Source of the DNA: Lytechinus pictus
Taxonomy: Eukaryota
NCBI RefSeq assembly: GCF_037042905.1
Contig: NC_087251.1
Span: 42,472,001 to 42,536,000 of the forward strand
Direction of reading: 5' to 3'
Length of the DNA stretch: 64,000 bases
Of this stretch, positions 51,828 to 63,600 are shown piece after piece. Position 1 is the first letter of the stretch. Each line of letters begins with the position of its first letter. The notes under the pieces were generated by a model. That model made no database searches, was not told the DNA's origin, and was given only the letters and a program-made list of their open reading frames with translations. Made by a program: the position numbers and the translations under genes.

Positions 51828-54344
51828 GCATGCAGATCTAGATTGGTTTTTACTTGCACTTGCAGAGAATAACTTTCCTGGTATCGCATCGCAATTTGCT
51901 CCACATTTTTGAAAGACTGCTCTGATGCATGGGGGCATTTTCACGGTACCTGACATTACACGGCACAATGTTTTCACACCTTTCATTGTGTGCATATCTC
52001 TAAAGCAACAAATGATGGGAGTTTGCTTTTGATAGAGTTAATAAAGTGAACCTTGCTGCATACTCTGATACTAAGTTTTCCTATGTAACCACATTTTTTT
52101 ACGCATCAGCAAGCAAAAATGTGTCGGTAACTGACATTACGCAAAAGGACATGCAATTTCAGGGTGTTCATTAAAATTGAAATATCTCATGTCCCTGAGT
52201 AGATAGAGTAATAATTTGAATATGTAAATATACCTCCGTTACTAGGTTAAGATGTGTCAAAAGATTAAACAATTTGATTTTGTCTTTTGGGGGCTATAAT
52301 AATTTTTCCACAACCATGCTGGTAACTGACATTACACTTAATTTGCCATAGAGATAACACATGGAAGTCAAATGTGTGGAATCATTGCATTGTATCTTCT
52401 GTGCAGGGCTTCACATGAAAGTGAGCTTGATGTGGAAGTATACCCGAGTTTCTAGGAACATTTCAATTAAAAAACTTTTTCTTTTTCTTAATTCCTTTCT
52501 TTGATTTGAAAAATACACATTAACATTTACCAGTGCTATATGATTTTCAAAGGCATAATTTTCTTGGTACTTATATGTAAGGGTTTTTAAAATCATAAGT
52601 TTCATAATACTTCACATTTTTAATTATCAAAAGATAAGAAATGTATGTTTTACTTACTTGGGGGGGGGGGGGGTAGGGTCATAGCAGCTACATGTTTTCC
52701 TACAGTAATTTAATATTGCGTTGACTGTACACATTGATTTTTCTGACTATACACCCATAATATATCCATCAGTTTTATATTGACTTTTTAAACCTTTTCC
52801 TTCTCCAACCTCCCCCTCCCCTCAAAAAAGGCAAAATGAATACGGGTCTCCTCCCCTAGGCTACACGTACCCCTCCCCGAATCTCATGCAGCCATGTAGT
52901 TTTATTGATATCTATTCTGGTCAGTGCAAGCAATGCTTGTTCATATCTGTCAGATTTCAATTATCTTCATAATTGTTTAATCATTTTCTTTGCTAATTTC
53001 TCTTTTAAGCTGTCAACAAAAAATAAACTCCAGCTTCTAAACTGAAACTGAACTATTTGTAAATTAGAACAAAAAACACACAGTTTTAGCAGATCCATGC
53101 AACATTGATCAGAACTGTCAAATTTCACTTTTCATCTATACTTGTAAACCAAAAACAAAATTGTATCACACACCCACACTACTAACAGGTATAAAAACCA
53201 GGAATTTACTTTTAGCGAGGCAATGCTCAAAAGAATCCTAGAAACTAAAAAAGGGAACCTGGAAATCCCCTTCATCACAATGTTAAGCTTAAAAAATGTT
53301 GCAGATAGGTTGGGAAAAGTACCCCCTACCCCCCCCCAAAAAAAAAAAAAAAAAAAAAAATTGTCTGATACAAACAGTTAGGTACTTGGTAAGTGCATGT
53401 ACAAAACAATTTCATAGTAATTTTTTTTTGCACGATGGGAATGCAACTTCCTTCATTTTCATATAGTATTCCTTGTGAACTATACCTTTTAAAAGTCAAT
53501 AGCAAGCTCCTTCTGGTGTTTCTTTTAAAGTGAAAGACTTAAATAACAAGTATACAATATTTCTTCACCATAAAATTGACCACATATTTGCATTTCAATA
53601 TTGGTAACCAACGTTTTATCATGGTAACTGACATTACATCTCGGTAACTGACATTACATTTTCCACTTGGTAACTGACATTACATATATTTAATGGTACC
53701 CTATGGCTTCATTGTTAATTGGTAATCTTTAATTTTGGTGTAGAAGGGAGGGGTGTTACCTAGAGAGAAAATCTACCAAGTTTCATATAATATATCCTCT
53801 TTTCCAGGAAATGAGAAAAAAAAGTTCATGTTTTCGGTAACTGACATTACATACCATATCACATACTTCATCAATGTTTTTTTATCAGATGAATGAATTA
53901 CTGGTGTTTCTTTCTGTGGGATTTTAAAAAGTGTTATAATAGCAAGCTAAATCACAGGCGAAAACATCATGATCAAACCTGTTCTTTAAAAATCTCTCAA
54001 AACAAAATATGTATCAATACTATTTTCAACACTAATTTGTATCCATACTTTGGCAGCCATTTTGAAATAAAAAGTGGCTGCCAGAGTCGGAAAAAAATTT
54101 GTCTCAGAAACTTCAGGTCTTGTTTTATTAAAAAACATAAAGCATTTGACATGAATATCAACATGATTTTTTTGCCTCTGTGTCCATCTGTGGTGAAAAT
54201 GCCCATAAAGTCTTTTGTATAGCATATTTTTACATAGGACTGTACATTACTTAGTTGAGAGCCTCTCTCTTATGACCAAAAGCGCTATTCAAATTTGTAA
54301 AGCAAAATTATTCCCTGACTTGGCATAGCCAAAGATCTACATGC
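51828..54344. mobile_element. 2.5-kb non-autonomous TIR element with GGTAACTGACATTAC repeats
   Basis: Imperfect ~55-bp TIRs GCATGCAGATCT..TTGG...CAGAGAATAACTTT / AAAATTATTCCCTG...CCAAAGATCTACATGC; 7 motif copies. No TSD resolved. Confidence 0.65.
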
Positions 54345-56109
54345 ACTGCCCATAGGTCCCATAGGTACTAGCGATTAGCGTGTTTTACTGTACACCAAAA
54401 AATTAGTCTGCTGGGCAAACCCTTCACTGATGAGTTAAGAGCCTGAATGCCTTGTATACTGACGGCCCTTTTGTATGTGCTAGTCTTTACGTGGAGGCAC
54501 ACTTGTTGATCAAAGTTCCAATCAGGGTCTGTGCCTACAGACTACCAAAAAATCCCATAGACCCATACACATCGCAGTGGTAGTGGTACATGGAGACATC
54601 ATGCCATGATGATACACGAATGAGATTGGTTAGCTTGTATGTATGTGCCAGCTGCATTAGTAACATGAAGACAAACAATCGACGTACCTGACACCGGCTC
54701 ATCGGAATAAAAATTTTGTATTTTACATCACATATTTCAAGAAACTGTAGTGGTAAGCTGATTTTAGTCATAAAAAAGTTGATTTTAATTCCTGCACTTT
54801 GTTTCTCCCATTAAAAGTTGGATCCAAGGAGAAATTAGAGAGGGAGAGGTAGCGCACCATTCAGCCCCCATAGGCCTTGCATGAAACACCACCATTAAGT
54901 ACCAGTCCTATCGGAGTCTTCAAAGTCTTAAAACTAGTTTTACTGATAAATTGATGTGTGTACTCATCATCATTTTTGCACTTTGGAACAAACTCCAACC
55001 ATCTCTCTGAAACATGCACCTCTTCAAAAAAAACATCTTATTTTAGGTGATTTTTAGAACTTGTGATAATAGCTTTACAATTGATACCATTGGAAAGAGG
55101 AACTCTTCCAGATCTGAGAACACTTTGAATTTTTGAAAATTGACCCAAAGATTCATTAGTTATGCCCTATTATGTTTCCGCAATTGGACATATTTGACCA
55201 AAGGTCATTCTTTTGTTTTACTTTGTTGTGAGAATGGCACCATGAAAAACCTGACATATTTTCAAACTTGTGTTATTCCCGTGTTTTTTGCATTACAGGT
55301 ATGAAACTTAGGACGTTAGTAGATATATTATATTTTGCTTTGATGTATTTTTGCATGGTCAAGGTCATTAGTAATAAATTTATGAAATATTAAATCATAA
55401 TTTTTGCATATTTTTAAAAATATTTTTGCCTTTCTGGTCAATTAATGTGGAAATGTTTAGTTGAATATGTGTAATGCTATTCTAAAGTATGAAAAAATAT
55501 TTTTTGACCACCACCTGGAATATCAGAAGTGTTATTACCTTGAACTTGACCTTCAAATCATAATTTTTATCACATTTTCCTTCTCGTGTCAGTTCAACAG
55601 GAATTTTAATGAAGATTGAGCTTTATTATGTCATTTAGCAGTAAGCACATGTACTTTTTTTAACCATTGGACGATTGGTGGGAAATTCATGTTATAACCA
55701 CTCATTCAATGAACAAGGTTATGGTTATTAGTATAACCTTGAACTTGATAATGAAATATGAAATCATTATAATTTCATCACACTTTCCCCTAGTATCAAT
55801 TCTACAGGAATTTTAGAAATGTAGCATGACGCATATCCTCCGATATGCGTCATGTAGCTTGACGAAGAACAAAAGGAAACAAGATGGCGACATGAACATC
55901 GCGACAGGTTTTCCCCATCTTTTTATGTTTTTCTCGTTTTTAATGAATTCTTGTTTAAATAAAATGACTATATATTCACATATATATTATTGTTTAAATG
56001 AAATGACTATATATTCACATATATCATAATCTATCTTACAATAAAAAAAAAAAATCTACTGACATTATGAAGTACTAAGTAGGCATGAAACCTATCTAAT
56101 CAGCATTTC

Positions 56110-56398
56110 AACTAGATCAACTTAGGTCGGCCAGTGATCACCTTCGCCTCACATATTCATTGACTCGTACTTTAGCTGGTGACAGAACTTTTACGGTGTC
56201 GGCTTCAAAATCCTGGAATGACCTGCCACTAATAATTAGACAGTCTCCAACATTAGCAATTTTCAAAAAGTCATTAAAAACTCATCTCTTTCGTACTTTG
56301 TAGTTTTTAAAATATTACATTTAATTAATTCATTGTAAGCGCTTTGGGCCTAATGGGAAAAGCGCAGTACAAATAACAAGTAATAATAATAATAATAA
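56110..56398 (+). mobile_element. L2-group LINE 3' fragment
   Basis: Encodes LRSASDHLRL...TLAGDRTFTVSASKSWNDLPLIIRQSPTLAIFKKSLKTHLF, followed by GCGCTTT..AAAGCGC stem-loop and (AAT)n tail. Confidence 0.88.
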
Positions 56399-57434
56399 AA
56401 TGAAATCAATTCAATGTAGTATAAAATGTCGGAAATGAAGTTGTAATCCCAGGCCAGGCCCATGGCATGGCCATTTACATGATTTAGGGCTAGATCTTTT
56501 AGAAGCAAGCCAGGAAAGTAGAAATCTCGGGGGCGAAAATTCAGTTTTTTTGCGGTACACGCACATGAATGGGACGCAATCCCTGGACTACTCCATGGAG
56601 AGTAAGCACACGTTAGTATTATTTATTAGTAAATTATTTTACTTTCTAGAAGCCATACACAGTGGTAAGTATATGGGACCGAAGTAATTTACCAATCATG
56701 CCAATTATTTTGGCAACCTTTATTTTATCAATATTAGAAAATTCGAGCAAATCTTTGCCAATTGATGATCATTCAATTACAAAGCATTTACATACCTCTT
56801 AAATATGAATTCTAGGACCAGAATATCTCCACTCTGCATTAGATTTCGCCCTCACAACGACGATTTTAGACAATTTTCCTATTTTTCGAGATTCTGGCAG
56901 CTGATGGTACGATGTCTCTGATATACCAAATCTGTAAGTAAAATATTTGAAGTCGGTGCTGCTGCATCCGTGGCTGCAACGCTCGCCCCACTTTTTTTTC
57001 TTGGATCAGGATTACTATTGTGATTTAAAAACATAGTTGCGCGTAATATGCTAACTTGAAGAAATCGAAAGATGGAGAAAACGTAGATGTAAACAAGTAT
57101 ATGTGTGTCTCTACCAGCAGTGCCTTGATAGGCTTGATTTGTATAAGTTGTGTGTGTGTAAACTAATATTGCATTAAAATATTTACAATGCATCCCGGGT
57201 AATGCATGCTTTTCATGAATTTTGCCGGAATTTTGTATATAACTTGTAAATGATACAATATCATTCTTTTCTCTATAACATGTACATGCATGGGGCCTGG
57301 TCAATAGATCATTAAGATCAAGCATTATTTTGGGGGAATTTCAACTGTGTGAAGTATAAACTTTCAATTTTCAAATTCAGAAAAAAATACGATTTCATGT
57401 TTGAAGGTGCCCAAAGTTAGCAATTGCTAGTAGA

Positions 57435-59595
57435 CACGGGCGGAAATCCCAGGGGGGACGCGTCCCCCCTACCATTTTGGAAAGGGGGGGGGGGGACATA
57501 ATATCAAATGTCCCCCTACTATTTGTGGTCTTTTATTATGGAAAAATACATAATTCAAAATAGAAATTATACACATGTATCCTCAAATTTCGAAATATAT
57601 ATAAACAGATTTTTGTTCAGAACTTGGATAGGAAAAGAAAAGGCATACCGGCCCAACTATTCTCGAACTCGCATCTAGCCCTATATGCCAGCCAAAGAGT
57701 GGTGACATTGATGACATCGATGGCCATTGTCAATTTCATAACTAATAAAAATGACGAAAAAAGAAAATCGCCTCTGAATACTTATAAGTAAATTTAGTGC
57801 ATAGATGGTAAACGAGAATGTTCCATACTCCGTAAAAATACCTTTGTTAAACCAATTCATTTTCCCTTTATTCCAAATTTACTTGGAATATAAGAATATT
57901 TTCATTGTTCGCGTACTCAGTAAAAAGAATAGTTTTCATGAGTTATGATTAATCCTTCGCAGTGAATTTTAACTATGTTTAATCCCCCAAAATTTGTTTT
58001 AAATACTCTATTTACGAGACTTTTATATTCCATTTTTACACAAAATTCCTGCCGTGGGAGGGGTCATCATACTAGATCAAGGGGGCGAAGCGGCGGCCCG
58101 CCCCCTTTTGGCGGCGCATATTAAAATAGGAAAGTGAGGAGAAAAATAAGACGAGGAAGAAAATTAAATGATGGAAGGGGAGGGGAATAATTGGAAAAAA
58201 AGAAAACTTTCAGGTCATAGTATAAAAATGAAAAAATCGCCGGCGCTTTGCATTAATACACAGCCATCTCTTTATTTCAAAACTTGCTTATTTTTTTCAC
58301 TTTTTAGACCGAAATATATAAAATCAAATCATTTATTAAGGAAGATATCCATCTTTTTTCATAATTTGTACGTTTAAATCTTTAAAAAAATTAGCTCGCG
58401 CTTTGCTCTCGCATCACTTATTGGGACAAACTGCTTGTTCTTTATTTCAGAAGTGCTTGAAAGATCCAGTTTTCAGATCTGAATATAAAGAAAATCATTT
58501 CGCGCTTCGCGCTCGAATCAGTAATATGGTTGAGTCAGATACTATCCTGTTTGTTGCTATAAAGTGAAAAGGAAATGACTTTTTTGGTTGGAAAATAAAA
58601 AAGATCAGGATACGCTTCGCGCTCACATTGATTAAAATTAAGTTAGATAGCTACCCTGTCCTTGATTCTAAAATATGCTAATAATATCAATTTTTAGGCC
58701 GGAAATGTCATGTCTTCAGCACACACTTTGCGCTTGAATTTAATATTGTTTAGTAAAATTCCTATCCTGTTCATGGTTTGAAAAAGTGTTACGATTGTCC
58801 AGTTTTTAGGTTGCAAAAAATACAAACTTTCAGCTCGCGCTTCGCGCCCGCATTAATTGTTTAGATTCCTATCCTGTTCATAATTTTTTTTTAAGTACTA
58901 GGAATGTCCAGTAATTAGGTTGGAAAATAAAAAAAACTTTCACCTCTTGCTTCGCGCTCGCATTAATTGTTTAAATTCCTATCCTGTTCATATTCTTTTT
59001 AAGGTGCTATGAATGTCCAGTTCTTAGGTTGAAAAATAAAAAACTTTCAGCTCGCGCATTCATTGTTTAGATTCTTTATTTCGTTCTTTATTAAATGCCA
59101 AGAATGCCCAGTTTTTTTTCAGCTCGCGCTCGCATCTATTATTTAGTTGAATTCCTATTCTGTTCATGATTTGAAAAAGTGTTACGAATATCCAGTTTTT
59201 AGGTAATTCCTATCCTGTTCATGATTTGAAAAAGTGTTACGAATGTCTAGTTTTTTTAGGTTGGAAAATCAAAAACTTTCAGCTCGCGCTTCGCGCTCGC
59301 ATTAATGGTTTAGGTAGGTTCGAATCTAGTTCATGATCATAAAAAATGTTCAGAATGTTCAATTTCCAGGTCACAATTGATGAAATATCAACATATTTGG
59401 GCTCGCGCTTCGCGCTCGCATTATTTATTGAGGTCTTTCTTCTTTAGTTAGGAATACCTCCCCTCTTCGAAATATGTATATAATTATATATATATATATG
59501 TATGTGTGTGTGTTTGAGTTAGTAATTCTGTAGAACATAAAAACGGAAAACTCAATTGTGTCCCCCCTACCTTCAACGAGAGATTTCCGCCCATG
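57435..59595. mobile_element. 2.16-kb non-autonomous hAT-type element
   Basis: Perfect 8-bp TSD CTAGTAGA (57427-57434, 59596-59603); TIR CACGGGCGGAAATC / GATTTCCGCCCATG (13/14). Confidence 0.9.
58390..59430. repeat. Degenerate ~110-bp tandem array inside the hAT element
   Basis: About 10 units marked by GCTCGCGCTTCGCGCTCGCA, CCTATCCTGTTCATG and GTCCAGTTTTTAGG. Confidence 0.88.
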
Positions 59596-59824
59596 CTAGT
59601 AGAATGGGGTTAAAGAAAGAAAAGCATAATTGTTTATGTGTTTTTAATTTGTAAATTTTGCCTATTGTATATGTGATCTGTGTCATTTATCAATCATTGT
59701 TGTAAGGTATATATATTGCAATCAATAATTGCTACGGAAAGTTCAATCTGACAAAAAGTTTATTGTAAAAGTAGCAGTAAAAATGAATATAAGTATTAAA
59801 AAAAAAAAACACTGTTGGTGAGGG

Positions 59825-60067
59825 CACTGGCGGATTCAAGGGGGGGGGGGGAAGCCGACCCGTGCTCCCCCCTTTGAGAGGCACAATTAAAATTTGTAAT
59901 ATAAAAATTCCAATAACAGAAGTGTGCCCCCCTTCTTTTTTTTGCTTGTCGAATTTTTTCGTGGACGAAATGTCCTCATTCTTTTGTTGAAAACCTTTTT
60001 TTTTGCTTGTCAAATCTTTCCTCGGGAAAATGTGCATCTCCTTTTGAAAAATCCTGGATCCGCCCTG
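59825..60067. mobile_element. hAT-type MITE (243 bp)
   Basis: Perfect 8-bp TSD GGTGAGGG (59817-59824, 60068-60075); ends CACTGGCGGATTCA / TGGATCCGCCCTG. Confidence 0.85.
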
Positions 60068-60990
60068 GGTGAGGGTTTCAGGAAAATCCTTCAAAGATTA
60101 AAAAAGTTACCATAATTTTTCATTTTTGATCTGTGACGTCATATGCGAGCAGCTTGTGCATATCCTTTAGAAATTGAAAATGGCTATTTTATTGTACCTA
60201 CAGTATATCAACAGGCAAATCATTTCACACCGCTCCTGAAAAAAACACATTTTTATTCATCATTAACCACTGAAGAAAATTGATGGGGGTGCATTTTAAG
60301 GCCCCTCGCAATGTATATAGGCCTATACATGTACCGTCTTTATAGAAACTGATAAACATGACTCTTGCTGCTGATAGATCACCATGACCTTATAAAGTGC
60401 ATTTAAACTTCATATCTAATATGGCATAACAACGAAATTCGAAACCGCTTCATTTCTGTCCCAGGGTTCGTTTGCGGAGTATTGAGTTCAAAGTGCAATC
60501 GTGGGTTCTAGCAATCTAAGTCGTGGGGATTCCAGCTCTGGGCCCCGTTGTACAAATAGATGCAAACAAACGCAACTTGCTTTTAAACCAATCAGAACTG
60601 CGCATTGGGGACTCGCGTCTGATTGGGTGTGTTGAGATTAATCGCAACTGGCTACTGGCGATGATGGATAGGGGGTAGACAGGGTGGTAGATGTTGACGT
60701 CACTCCATGGAAACGGGAACATTCTTGGAGCACGCAGAGGCGACCCCGATTCTCACTAAACCACCTCACTCCTTGAACCAGGCTGCTGCCTTTGGACGTG
60801 GATAATGATCATCGACCTCTTTTCACCGATAGACGGGATGGGGATAAGTTATCATAAACGGTACTGCATACATACTGGTGAATCTTTATAACCACTCTCT
60901 TCAAAACCAATTCAAAGAGCATCTGATGATTATCAAGTTTAGCCAAGGGCAGTAATTATAATAATCGAGTTAGACTTCCATCATAAAAAG

Positions 60991-62145
60991 ATGACCATGA
61001 AACCAACGGAGTTAGCAACATACCGGAAAACTGTAGTTGGAGATAAAGTCCTACCTAGTGTTGGCTTACGAAAGTGGAGCAACTTTGAGCATGGATTAAA
61101 ACGCACCAAATGTATCTATTTTCGCAGCAATAACGATGATATCATATCAAGACCAATGCAGCCACCCATTAAAGAACAACCAGTGGAGCTACCGGGAATC
61201 AGGTCGAAAGGAAAGAAGGAAAAATGTGGGAGTATATGCGTGCATGACAAGAAAGCATATAATGGATCATTCATATCCAAGACACGGAGAGAATCAGAAA
61301 CCACGTCTTCAAGTTCACACGATTTCAACAGCTGCAAAGAAACGGATGTGAAGTTTGCTGAAGGCGAATGCTCTCTTGGCATACTTGGTGCGAATAGCAT
61401 TAGCAGCAGTGCAACCGGTAGTGAGTCCAGGACCAGCGGAAAAAGCACTACAACATCACCAAGACGTAGACTTCGCGTCCCAACTGCAATGGCCAATTCT
61501 CCTGGCGCAATTACCAATGAGAGCCAGTTCTCAAAGCAGATCTCAGTGCAACAGAGTCCCAGACCACCGAGTAAACCAAGAAACGTCTTTATGAAATCCC
61601 GATCGAAAAGAACCGATAAGATTTTACTAGGAAACGATGAGCATAGTCACATCCTACAAAAGGACATGCATTCTGGCGAACATGACGATCATGGTAATCA
61701 TGACCACTCTACAGCCTTTCGGTCAAAGACACCTGTCTTTGGCAAATCCAGGCATTTTAAGGCAACGACGCTTCAAAATATTATGGAGATTTGCCACCCC
61801 CAAGACTCTGGCGAATATGATACCGGGAAGAAGATACAGAAACGTGTTACGAATCCGCCATCTCGAAGGCGATCTGTAGGCAATTTGCTAAATCATCGTG
61901 CAGATGGAAGCGATGACCCCCTGTCATCGAATAACGGTCGTCGCGGATCGATGCCGGTGGACATTCGTGAACTGAAAGAGAGAGTAGATGGAATTCGTTT
62001 TATCAATGTCAGGGAATTTTCTCGGGACTATATTGAGAATATTTTGTTGCGTCGGGACAAAAAGGCAACAAAAGGAATAGGTGGAGACGAACGAAGGCAG
62101 AGTAAATGTTTATCTTGGCTTCAGTCTCTCGAGGGAGCTTTATAA
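60991..62145 (+). CDS. Uncharacterised 384-aa Ser/Lys/Arg-rich protein, coding region in one exon
   Basis: 1155-nt open frame of non-repetitive sequence, less AT-rich than its flanks. In-frame upstream TAG at 60940-60942. Candidate acceptor catttctgtcccAG at 60463-60464. No domain recognised. Confidence 0.7.
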   Translation: MTMKPTELATYRKTVVGDKVLPSVGLRKWSNFEHGLKRTKCIYFRSNNDDIISRPMQPPIKEQPVELPGIRSKGKKEKCGSICVHDKKAYNGSFISKTRRESETTSSSSHDFNSCKETDVKFAEGECSLGILGANSISSSATGSESRTSGKSTTTSPRRRLRVPTAMANSPGAITNESQFSKQISVQQSPRPPSKPRNVFMKSRSKRTDKILLGNDEHSHILQKDMHSGEHDDHGNHDHSTAFRSKTPVFGKSRHFKATTLQNIMEICHPQDSGEYDTGKKIQKRVTNPPSRRRSVGNLLNHRADGSDDPLSSNNGRRGSMPVDIRELKERVDGIRFINVREFSRDYIENILLRRDKKATKGIGGDERRQSKCLSWLQSLEGAL

Positions 62146-62150
62146 GTTAG

Positions 62151-62914
62151 CAGGGGCGGTGGAACGTTTTTTCGTTGGGGGGGGGGTGCAAAGCCAAATA
62201 AGGGCACTTAAAATGTCAAAATGGGCATTTCAAAGCAAAGAGATATTTTGACCATGAGATTATCATCTGCATTAAGTAGTTGTGTGTTTTGTAGTTATTA
62301 AGTTGAGCAAAGCCTTTTTGAAGTGATTACTGATTGATGGAAATATATATTTAGGCCTTATTTTTATTTGAAAACAATTCAAATCTGAAGTTGTGAATCT
62401 CGCTTTTTGGTCAATATCATTATCCCGCAAATTACTGTTAAAAGGGCATCGATTGCGAGATGTTGCGAGCGCGAATCGCGAGCTCAAACTTTTGGACACT
62501 TCATGATTTAATAAGATTTGAAAATTGAACATTCCTAGCAGTTTTTGTTATATAATGAAAAAGATGTGTATCTAACTAAAGAATTGAAGCGAGTGCGAAG
62601 CGCGAGCTGAAAATTTGTGATATTCCATTCTAAAAACTGGACATCCTAAGCACATTTTGCAACCAAGAACAGAATGAGTATCTTGCTAAACATTAATTGA
62701 TGCGAGCGCGAAGCGCGAGCCAAACATTTTTTTTTCTAACCTAAAATTTTTTGTTTTAATTAAAAAAAGGTATTTTATTTTGAAAAAGGACACATATCAT
62801 TAAATAAAAAAAAGGCACACTCATTTTGAAAAAAGGGATTTTTTTCCTACTGGGAATTTTTTGGGAGCAAGTGCCCCCCTGCTCCCCCCCCCCCCCCCGG
62901 TTCCGTCGCCCCTG
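62151..62914. mobile_element. 764-bp hAT-type element
   Basis: TSD TAAGTTAG / TAAGTTAT (7/8); TIR CAGGGGCGGTGGAAC / GTTCCGTCGCCCCTG; internal GCGAGCGCGAAGCGCGAGC units related to the 58390-59430 array. Confidence 0.88.
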
Positions 62915-63454
62915 TAAGTTATTATCCTGAATATGCAGTGATGGTGATTTATAGGTACAGGAAATAATCTTCTATTCGATCCTTAGACATAATGCATGAT
63001 TCCCTTATAAACCCTTCTACAACGATACTCAGCAGGATCCATAAGTCAGGATGTAGTGCTAAGGAAATATCTTGGGTGCTCATCTGCAGTGGTCATCTAT
63101 CAGATTGAATGATTAAAATTTAACTAAAAATTATATGATATTACGAAAGTGTCAACTACCCCGTCCACTACAAACCATTTAACATTCCACTAGAGTTCTT
63201 TGTTTTAATGTATATAAAGGCTTATAAATGTAAAACATGAAAGGCAGGGTAGATTTTCCCAATCAAATCTAGTCAGCTCATAAGTGTTATCAACCAGCCT
63301 TTAGAAGAGTATTGGGGGACTATGAAAAGCGCGGATTTCTTTGATCTCACATTATATCCCAAACTCTAAACACTGACGCATATTTTGAAACGACTCCTCT
63401 AAATTAGCATCGGAAACTCTTTCTGCAACGTAACTCTTTCTGCAACGGACCACA

Positions 63455-63600
63455 GGGGTCCGTTGCAGAAAGAGTTGCGTTTAAACGGAAGTCAACAAAT
63501 CAATCGCAAGTCCCAAATGCGCGCTGTTGATTGGTTGAAAATCAAGTTACGCATGATTTTTAGAGTTGCGATTGATTGCAACTCTTTCTGCAACGGGCCC
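63455..63600. mobile_element. GGG-ended hairpin MITE
   Basis: GGGTCCGTTGCAGAAAGAGTTGC ... GCAACTCTTTCTGCAACGGGCCC TIRs (22/23). Confidence 0.85.

Noticed and set aside
48982..54344. CRISPR-like array from the recurring 13-15-bp motifs
   Set aside because: Repeats are too short, irregularly spaced and partly inverted; the context is eukaryotic with no cas genes. Better explained as transposon internal motifs.
61116..61879. Short ORFs overlapping the 384-aa ORF
   Set aside because: Alternative-frame or antisense shadows with no independent support.
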